Shown piece after piece: positions 57,032 through 64,000 of a stretch of DNA of 64,000 nt. The notes beneath the pieces are model-generated. The model was given only the letters and a program-made list of their open reading frames with translations, made no database searches and was not told where the DNA came from. Made by a program: the position numbers and the translations under genes. The stretch comes from Bacteroidia bacterium (GTDB lineage: Bacteria > Bacteroidota > Bacteroidia > B-17B0 > Aurantibacillaceae): contig JANWKZ010000019.1 in assembly GCA_025451115.1 (NCBI GenBank), forward strand, positions 192-64,191, written 5' to 3'. How positions within the stretch are numbered: position 1 is the first letter of the stretch; every line of letters begins with the position of its first letter.

Positions 57032-59590
57032 TTGAAGAAGATAGTTTACATATTGATCCTGTTCTTTGCTGCGCAAATTGGTTTTGCCCAGGGCCCGATC
57101 GTTATGGGCAGCGACAGCATTGATTACGCAAACCCGAAGGAATATGTGATCGCCGCTCCACCCGAAATAGAGGGAGTAACAACACTTGATATAAGCGTAT
57201 TAAGATTGGTTTCCGGTTTGTCGCAGGGACAGCGCGTAAAAGTGCCCGGCGAAAAATTTGAGAACGCCATTAAGAATTTATGGAAACAGGGATTCTTTGA
57301 CGATGTGCAGATCGTTGCTACAAAAATAGAGGGCGAAGCCATTTACCTGAAAATTATTTTGCAGGAAAAACCCCGCATGGGCCGCCTGGCTTTTCACGGA
57401 AAATTTAAAAAGAAAGAACGCGAAGATTTTGTAAGCAGGCTTCGTCTCACGCCAAACAGGATACTTACCGATCAGTTGATGTCGCATGTTCAGAACAGCA
57501 TCAAGGAGTTTTACCTGAACGAAGGCTACGCAAAGGCCACCGTGACCACAAAATGGGAAGACTCTAAAACATCCAAAGTAAAGAAAGACCTGCACATCTA
57601 TATCGAGAAAGGGAAAAAGGTCCGCATTCAAAAGGTAGAGATCTTCGGCAACGAAGTTGTTTCTGACGGAAAGTTGAGAAGAAGATTAAAAGACACCAAA
57701 TCTTACAAGTGGTATTTCTTCCGTGGAGGAAAATTCCTGCAGGAGAACTTAGAAAAAGACGAACCCAAAATGCTGGACAAATACTTAGCACTGGGTTACC
57801 GCGATGCGCGTGTGGTAAAAGACAGCGTGTATTACGTGAGCAAGAACCGCGTGAAGATCGACATCACGGTTGATGAGGGGAACAAATATTATTTCCGCAA
57901 TATTAACTGGATAGGTAACGCCAAATATCGCAGCGGCCAGCTCGACACCATTCTCGGCATCAAAAAAGGAGATGTGTTCAACCAATCGTATTTAGATCAG
58001 AAATTGTTCATGAACCCAAGCGGTTACGATGTAACATCGTTGTACATGGATGACGGATATTTGTTCTTCCAGCTATCACCTGCCGAGGTGAACGTAGAAA
58101 ATGATTCTATCGATCTTGAAATACGCATGTTTGAAGGAAAACAGGCCATGGTGAACCGCGTAACCATTACCGGTAATACCAAAACAAATGATCACGTAAT
58201 TATGCGTGAGATCCGTACAAGGCCGGGCCAGTTATTCCGCCGCAGTGATGTGCAGCGTAGTATTCGTCAGTTACAACAGCTGGGTTATTTCAACCCGGAA
58301 GTGATGGACGTAAAACCTCAGCCCAACCAGGCCGACGGAACTGTAGACATTGAGTACATCGTAGAAGAAAAACCAAACGACCAGATCTCGCTTTCGGGAG
58401 GTTGGGGCGGAGGCCGTGTAATTGGAACGCTGGGCGTAACCTTCAACAATTTCTCGGCAAGGAATTTCTTCAAGAAAGATTCGTGGGCGCCGCTACCGAG
58501 TGGAGACGGACAACGTTTAAGCGTGAGCGCACAGAGTAACGGGATCTATTACCAGGGATATAATATCTCCTTTACCGAACCTTGGTTAGGTGGAAAAAAA
58601 CCCCAATCACTTTCGGTAGGCGCTTACTACAACGTACAGAACTTTGCGGGCACACCCCGTAAAATAAAAGTGGATGACAAGCGTATTGTAAATCCCAATT
58701 CATCTTTCATGACCTCGGCCACCGCCAACGTGGGATTCAGCAAAGTACTGAAATGGCCGGATGATTATTTCTCTATGTACATCGACCAAACGTATTCGTA
58801 CTATACGCTGCACAACGCTTCGGTGTTCCTGTTCCAGAACGGATATGCCAATAACATTAAAACAACTTTCAATATCAGTCGTAACTCTTTACAGGGCAAC
58901 CCCATCTTCCCAACCGGCGGATCTTCCATCAGCATGACCTCGGTATTAACTCCGCCGTATTCTTTGGTGAACGGAAAAGATTACAGCAAGCTTGACAACG
59001 CCGAGAAGTATAAATTTTTGGAATACCAGAAATACAAATTCACCACGCACTGGTATATGCAGTTAACCAACCAGAAAGCCCCGGAAGGAAAAGAAGCGCA
59101 CAACTTAGTGTTGCGCGCAAGCTACGGTTTCGGTGTGCTGGGCATGTATAACAAAGCTGTGGGTGTTGCTCCGTTCGAACGCTTTTACTTAGGGGGTAGT
59201 GGTTTAACAGGTTACTCACTCGATGGTCGCGAGATCATTGCGCTTCGTGGGTATGCGGATAACTCTATTTCGGGTGCTGATAGTCGTGGTAACTGCATCA
59301 TCTCAAAATACACAATGGAATTGCGTTACCCGCTTTCATTGAACCCGCAGGCTACGATCTTCGCGCTTGCTTTTGCTGAGGCGGGGAATGCTGAGCAGCG
59401 TTACAAAGATTTCAATCCGTTCAACGTAAAACGCAGCGCGGGTGTGGGTGTAAGGATCTTCCTCCCGATGTTTGGTCTCTTAGGACTTGATTACGGTTGG
59501 GGCTTTGATACGGTTCCGTACAATCCAACAACAGGCCAGGGCAAAGGACAGTTCCACTTTACCATTGGCGCACAGTTAGGCGAGTTATAA
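57032..59590 (+). CDS. bamA: Outer-membrane protein assembly factor BamA
   Basis: POTRA repeats (GNTKT.D.VI.RE), LRGY loop, GVRIFLPMFGLLG.D. Confidence 0.95.
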   Translation: MKKIVYILILFFAAQIGFAQGPIVMGSDSIDYANPKEYVIAAPPEIEGVTTLDISVLRLVSGLSQGQRVKVPGEKFENAIKNLWKQGFFDDVQIVATKIEGEAIYLKIILQEKPRMGRLAFHGKFKKKEREDFVSRLRLTPNRILTDQLMSHVQNSIKEFYLNEGYAKATVTTKWEDSKTSKVKKDLHIYIEKGKKVRIQKVEIFGNEVVSDGKLRRRLKDTKSYKWYFFRGGKFLQENLEKDEPKMLDKYLALGYRDARVVKDSVYYVSKNRVKIDITVDEGNKYYFRNINWIGNAKYRSGQLDTILGIKKGDVFNQSYLDQKLFMNPSGYDVTSLYMDDGYLFFQLSPAEVNVENDSIDLEIRMFEGKQAMVNRVTITGNTKTNDHVIMREIRTRPGQLFRRSDVQRSIRQLQQLGYFNPEVMDVKPQPNQADGTVDIEYIVEEKPNDQISLSGGWGGGRVIGTLGVTFNNFSARNFFKKDSWAPLPSGDGQRLSVSAQSNGIYYQGYNISFTEPWLGGKKPQSLSVGAYYNVQNFAGTPRKIKVDDKRIVNPNSSFMTSATANVGFSKVLKWPDDYFSMYIDQTYSYYTLHNASVFLFQNGYANNIKTTFNISRNSLQGNPIFPTGGSSISMTSVLTPPYSLVNGKDYSKLDNAEKYKFLEYQKYKFTTHWYMQLTNQKAPEGKEAHNLVLRASYGFGVLGMYNKAVGVAPFERFYLGGSGLTGYSLDGREIIALRGYADNSISGADSRGNCIISKYTMELRYPLSLNPQATIFALAFAEAGNAEQRYKDFNPFNVKRSAGVGVRIFLPMFGLLGLDYGWGFDTVPYNPTTGQGKGQFHFTIGAQLGEL

Positions 59591-59607
59591 TAAAAAATAT
59601 AAAAAAC

Positions 59608-60135
59608 ATGAAAAAAGTAATTCTAATTATCGCGGGGTTCTTTCTACTGAGCAGCGCGGCGGTTGCGCAAAAGCTCGGGTATGTAGATACGGAGTATATC
59701 CTTAACCAGATCCCTGAGTACAAAGCCGCAAAATCGGAGTTGGATAAGAACTCGGCCGACTGGCAAAAAGAGATCGAAGCGAAATACGCCGAGATCGATA
59801 AACTGTACAAGGCCTACCAGGCCGAGCAGATCCTGTTAACCGACGACCTGCGCAAGAAACGCGAGAACGAGATCATCAACCGTGAGAAAGAAGCGAAAGA
59901 CCTGCAAAAGCAGCGCTTTGGTGTTGACGGAGACCTTTTCAAAAAGCGTATGGAGCTTGTAAAACCTATCCAGGATAAAGTTTATACCGCTGTTAAAACC
60001 GTTGCCGAGAAAGCCGGTATCGCCATCATTTTTGATAAGGCCAGCGATATGATGATGCTTTACGCCAATCCTAAATACGATAAGAGCGATGATGTGCTGG
60101 TGTTCTTAGGATACAATAAAACAAAAGGAAAATAA
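59608..60135 (+). CDS. ompH: OmpH/Skp chaperone
   Basis: GYVDTEYIL..IPEY, FG.DG.LF.KR.EL.KPIQD; follows bamA. Confidence 0.93.
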   Translation: MKKVILIIAGFFLLSSAAVAQKLGYVDTEYILNQIPEYKAAKSELDKNSADWQKEIEAKYAEIDKLYKAYQAEQILLTDDLRKKRENEIINREKEAKDLQKQRFGVDGDLFKKRMELVKPIQDKVYTAVKTVAEKAGIAIIFDKASDMMMLYANPKYDKSDDVLVFLGYNKTKGK

Positions 60136-60153
60136 CTTAAAAGACCTTCAATA

Positions 60154-60185
60154 AAAAAACCCAGATGTTACAGTCTGGGTTTTTT
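60154..60185. terminator. Bidirectional terminator
   Basis: AAAAAACCCAGA-TGTTACAG-TCTGGGTTTTTT. Confidence 0.85.
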
Positions 60186-60202
60186 GTTTTAGGCCTATTC
60201 GC

Positions 60203-63046
60203 TTAATTCTTTATGATCTTCTTTGTGATGATCCCCGCATCGCAGCTTAGCTGGATCATGTAGATGCCATTCTCGGAGCTTCCCATGTCGATGTTTATAT
60301 CGCCGGAAGGATTAACAAGGAGCTTGCTGTAAACTTCATTTCCAAGGGCTGAGTAAACCTTCATAGCTAATTTACCGCTCACACTCGAATTGAAATGGAG
60401 GTAAAGATCTCCGCTTGTTGGGTTAGGATACACACTCACCAGCCTATCGAGGATCAATTGTACATTGGTAGTACGATTGTTCTTGATGTTTGATTTTGAT
60501 TTCACGATCGAACCTTGTATTCCGTTCGCTTCCCTTGCGGTAGGAGTACAGGTAATGTTCCAGATCGTCTCTACACGCCAGTCGGCCTGCGCCTGGTAGG
60601 TTGCGTATTGCGGATCGTTAATAGAAGTAGAAGATGCGCCCGCTGTAGCCGCCGTTGTATAGTTACCGGTGGCCCCCAGGTTATCGCGCTTTAAAACGTA
60701 GTTAGACAATCCCGGTACCGGTATCGACTGACCTTCTATCTCGTATTGGTTCCACAGGAAAAGGCTGCTGATGTTGTATTGGTAAATGGAGTTGTGATAG
60801 AGACTCTTCGGGCTCAGCACGCCGCAGGTATCAATGAAAGCCAATTTGTAACGGTAAGTAGTAATGTTCGGATCACCATTCACCGCACCAATGCTACGTG
60901 CTGTATCGGTAAACTGACTCAACATAGAGTAAGGAAGTTTGGCAATTGCAACGTAATTACCGTTGGCTGTATCGCGATACACCACAAACGTATCTGCATT
61001 CTGGTAAAGTGTTTTATCCCAAATGATCACGTTATTGATAGAAAGGCTGTCAACAGTAACCATACAAATGGCCGGTGCCGCAGGAGGTGGAGCAGTAACC
61101 GAAATGGTAGCTGTTTTCGCGCAGTTATTGGCATCAATTCCGGTAACTGTATAAACCTGGGCAGTAGAAGGGAAGGCAACGCCATCTGTGACACCGCCGG
61201 TCCAGGTATAGGTAGTAGCGGTACCACTGCCCGTAAGTGTAACAAAAGTTCCGGGACAAATATTGGTAGCAGATGTATTGGCGCTTACGGTTGGCAGAGG
61301 GTTTACGTTCACTAATTGAGTCAGTGTTTTTGTGCAGGAGTTTGAGCCGGTAGCCGTTACTGTATAGGTAACTGTAGCTGTAGGTGAGAAAACAACGCCA
61401 TTTGAAATTCCGCCGGTCCACGTATAGGTGCTGGCGCCGCTGGCGGTTAAAGTTACCGGGCTGCCGCTACAGACTACAGTGGCTGTAGCATTGATCGTTA
61501 CAGTTGGACTTGGATTTACAAAAACCTGGATAGTGCCGCTGCTTGTGCAGCCTGTACCTCCGGCAGAAGACGTAACGGTGTAGGTTGTAGTTACTGTTGG
61601 CGAAACCACAACGAGAGTTCCGGTAAGAGAACCAGGCATCCAGATCTGGTTGATCCCATCACCTACATCTTTGATCGAGGTGCTTTGTCCCTCGCAAATA
61701 GTTGATGGCCCTCCGGGCAGTGTTTGAACCGTTGGCACGGGATTTACAGTAACATTTACTACAGATTGAAGATTTATTCCGCACCCTGCGCTTGAAGCCG
61801 TAACGGTATAGGAAGTGCTGGCTGTAGGAGTAATGGCAACAGTTGCGGTTGTTGCGCTTCCTGCGTTAGCACTCCAGGTATAAGTATCCGCTCCGGATGC
61901 AGTTAGCAAACCGCCGCTTCCGTAACAGATAGGCTGCGAAGCACCTGTTACAGAGAGAGTGGGAAGCGTGTTTAACAGAACCGTAAGGTTGTTAGAGCCA
62001 AGATTAGCCGTAACAATATCCGGTCTACCATCTTCGTTAAGGTCTGCAACAACCAGGTCGCGCGGAGAATTTCCCACAGGAAAATTTCCGACATTCATCA
62101 TGCCTCCGGTACCGTCTCCCTGGAGGATATGCACTTCGCCGGAGGCATAAGCGCAAACTGCAGCATCCAGTTTTCCGTCCATATTAAAATCGCCCATGGC
62201 AATTGCACGCGGGGCCGAGTTTACGGTTACTGTGGATGATGTGGTATAGGTAGCGTTTCCCGGGCCCAGGCAAACGCTTACATTATTTGAAGCGGCGTTG
62301 GCAACCAGAAGATCTATGGTTCCATTTACGTCAAGAGATGTGCTCGTTATACCAAACTGACCACTTCCACCGGTGTTGTAATTATTAATGGGCATAAAAG
62401 TTCCATCGCCTAGCCCTCTTGCCACAGAAATATTATTTGATCCCTGGTTAGAGGTGGCAAAATCAAGATTATTATCGTTATTAAAATCTCCCGTACACAA
62501 GCCTATAGGACCATTGCCGACAGATACGTTTAGCATAGAAAAATTTCCTGCCCCGTCATTTATCAAAACAGTAACCGCGCTCGACCCCTGGCAGGAAGCC
62601 GCAATATCCATAAAGCCGTTCTGGTCAAAATCAGCAGCTATTACTCTTTTTGGACTGTTGGCCGTAGGCCACTGAGACGACATTGTGAAGGTTCCAACAC
62701 CGGTATTGTCAAATAGGGTTACCTGATTGTTTTGGTTGTTTGCCACAACAAGATCTGGTTTTCCATCATTGTTGAAATCGCCGGTAGCTATACCTTCCGG
62801 AGTGTTGCTACCCCCCATGGTTTGATTTAGAGTAAGAATTCCCGTACCATTTCCGAAGAACACGGAAACCTGGTTGTTTGTGCGGTTCGTATTTGCTACG
62901 TCGATATGACCATCGCCGTTAAAATCACCCTTGCAAATACCCCACGGATCGTTGGGCGTGGTGTAGTTTACGGGCGAATTAAAACATACCTGGGCGGAAG
63001 CAACTAACGTAAATAGTGAGAAAAGCGAAAAAAGAAATTTTTTCAT
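60203..63046 (-). CDS. Secreted FG-GAP/VCBS repeat protein with Ig-like repeats and a T9SS CTD
   Basis: GDFN.DG..D repeats, Thr-rich YTWTGG units, VYPNPTSG CTD. Confidence 0.9.
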   Translation of the reverse strand: MKKFLFSLFSLFTLVASAQVCFNSPVNYTTPNDPWGICKGDFNGDGHIDVANTNRTNNQVSVFFGNGTGILTLNQTMGGSNTPEGIATGDFNNDGKPDLVVANNQNNQVTLFDNTGVGTFTMSSQWPTANSPKRVIAADFDQNGFMDIAASCQGSSAVTVLINDGAGNFSMLNVSVGNGPIGLCTGDFNNDNNLDFATSNQGSNNISVARGLGDGTFMPINNYNTGGSGQFGITSTSLDVNGTIDLLVANAASNNVSVCLGPGNATYTTSSTVTVNSAPRAIAMGDFNMDGKLDAAVCAYASGEVHILQGDGTGGMMNVGNFPVGNSPRDLVVADLNEDGRPDIVTANLGSNNLTVLLNTLPTLSVTGASQPICYGSGGLLTASGADTYTWSANAGSATTATVAITPTASTSYTVTASSAGCGINLQSVVNVTVNPVPTVQTLPGGPSTICEGQSTSIKDVGDGINQIWMPGSLTGTLVVVSPTVTTTYTVTSSAGGTGCTSSGTIQVFVNPSPTVTINATATVVCSGSPVTLTASGASTYTWTGGISNGVVFSPTATVTYTVTATGSNSCTKTLTQLVNVNPLPTVSANTSATNICPGTFVTLTGSGTATTYTWTGGVTDGVAFPSTAQVYTVTGIDANNCAKTATISVTAPPPAAPAICMVTVDSLSINNVIIWDKTLYQNADTFVVYRDTANGNYVAIAKLPYSMLSQFTDTARSIGAVNGDPNITTYRYKLAFIDTCGVLSPKSLYHNSIYQYNISSLFLWNQYEIEGQSIPVPGLSNYVLKRDNLGATGNYTTAATAGASSTSINDPQYATYQAQADWRVETIWNITCTPTAREANGIQGSIVKSKSNIKNNRTTNVQLILDRLVSVYPNPTSGDLYLHFNSSVSGKLAMKVYSALGNEVYSKLLVNPSGDINIDMGSSENGIYMIQLSCDAGIITKKIIKN

Positions 63047-63050
63047 TTAA

Positions 63051-63998
63051 TTATTGTTTTGAGATGCGTTTGGTGATAATGCCGGTATTACCTGCTATAC
63101 GAACGATATAAGTGCCCGAAGAAAATTCGGTTAAGGAAACATTCAGCTCATCAGAAGCATTGGATGTGGCCGAATAAACTTCCTCTCCAAGAACCGAGAA
63201 AACTTTTACAGTTACATTTCCCTGTAAAGAACCGAAGTCAATTACAAAGTTTCCGTTGTTGGGGTTCGGGTAGATAGCGATCGAACTTTCGATCGTGTTC
63301 TTGATACCAATGCCACGGTTGTTTGTGATATTCGATTTCGCTTTTACAATAGCACCCTGCGATGAATTGTTGCCGTAACGCGCAGTAGGCGTACAGTTAA
63401 ATCCAAGCGCTTCTACTCGCCAGTTGGCAATGTTCTGATAGGTTCCGTATTGCGGATCGTTGAGCGTATTCTGTGTTCCTGTAACAGTTCCCACAAGTGT
63501 CCAGATGCCATTATTCGCATTGTCGCGCATCAGGTTGAATTGCGTAACAGGCGTGGAGGCGCTCTCAACCGCGTACGTGTTCCAGGTAAAAGTACCGGTT
63601 TGGTTATCCACAAAGAAAACCGTGTTGTGATAAGGACTTTTGCTGCTTATAAGACCGCAGGAATCTTTTACCGCAATTTTATAACGGTAAGTTCCAACGT
63701 TTGGATTTCCGTTGGCAGGACCAATGCTGCGCGCTGTATCTACGTAGAAACTTGAATCGGCATGAGCGATCGTAGCTATCAAGCTATAAGTATTCGTAGT
63801 GGTCTCACGATACACAACAAAGCTGTCGCTTGCCTGGAATGGCGTTTTGTCCCAATAGATAATGTTGTATTTAGACGAGTCGTCAGTAGTGATCTCACAA
63901 ATGTTTGGTGTTGCCGGAGGGATCACATTTACCGTATCATAATTCTCGGCCGATTGGCAACCGGTTGCCGGAAGCGAAATAGTAACCGTATAGATCAT
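63051..63998 (-). CDS. C-terminal part of a T9SS-secreted protein paralogous to 60203-63046 (5' end lies outside the window)
   Basis: Shared IC..T.D..S..N.I.WDKT...DTARSIG..NG.PN..TYRYK domain; IYPNPNNG CTD. Confidence 0.85.
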   Translation of the reverse strand: MIYTVTISLPATGCQSAENYDTVNVIPPATPNICEITTDDSSKYNIIYWDKTPFQASDSFVVYRETTTNTYSLIATIAHADSSFYVDTARSIGPANGNPNVGTYRYKIAVKDSCGLISSKSPYHNTVFFVDNQTGTFTWNTYAVESASTPVTQFNLMRDNANNGIWTLVGTVTGTQNTLNDPQYGTYQNIANWRVEALGFNCTPTARYGNNSSQGAIVKAKSNITNNRGIGIKNTIESSIAIYPNPNNGNFVIDFGSLQGNVTVKVFSVLGEEVYSATSNASDELNVSLTEFSSGTYIVRIAGNTGIITKRISKQ

Positions 63999-64000
63999 AT

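Noticed and set aside
391-60135. Origin-symmetric inversion as the cause of the split ompH pair
   Set aside because: Both ompH genes are on the + strand; a single inversion would leave them on opposite strands.
1-64000. CRISPR array, rRNA, tRNA, integrase or transposase
   Set aside because: No regularly spaced repeats, no RNA gene signatures, and no DDE, HUH or tyrosine-recombinase ORF seen by eye. A tRNAscan or Infernal run would be needed to exclude short RNAs.

Overview
Chromosomal backbone of a Bacteroidota (Bacteroidia-like) genome. The evidence is TAnnTTTG -7 promoter boxes, four T9SS C-terminal-domain proteins, uppS-bamA-ompH and Bacteroidota-type housekeeping genes (fumC, aspS, dacA, mgtE, nadA, mnmG, prmA, tpiA, hrpB). 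The window appears to span the replication-origin region: an AT-rich candidate oriC lies upstream of nadA (29672-30131, DnaA boxes and trio-like repeats, no dnaA in the window), and three parS palindromes lie after mnmG. Accessory content is small. (i) A ~4 kb integrase-free defence-like islet between hrpB and uppS carries an HTH/AbiEii pair, a TPR membrane protein with no output domain, and a C-protein/SRA-HNH nuclease operon with an Esp1396I-like C-box but no methyltransferase, facing an unknown 101-aa gene. (ii) A chimeric junction at 18.2-18.35 kb shows additive capture of an rsmH-paralog cassette behind an uncalled 42-aa lipoprotein gene. (iii) There are several families of palindromic repeats, one translated inside a signal peptide. 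No rRNA, tRNA, CRISPR array, transposase or integrase was seen. All calls come from reading motifs by eye; no database searches were run.
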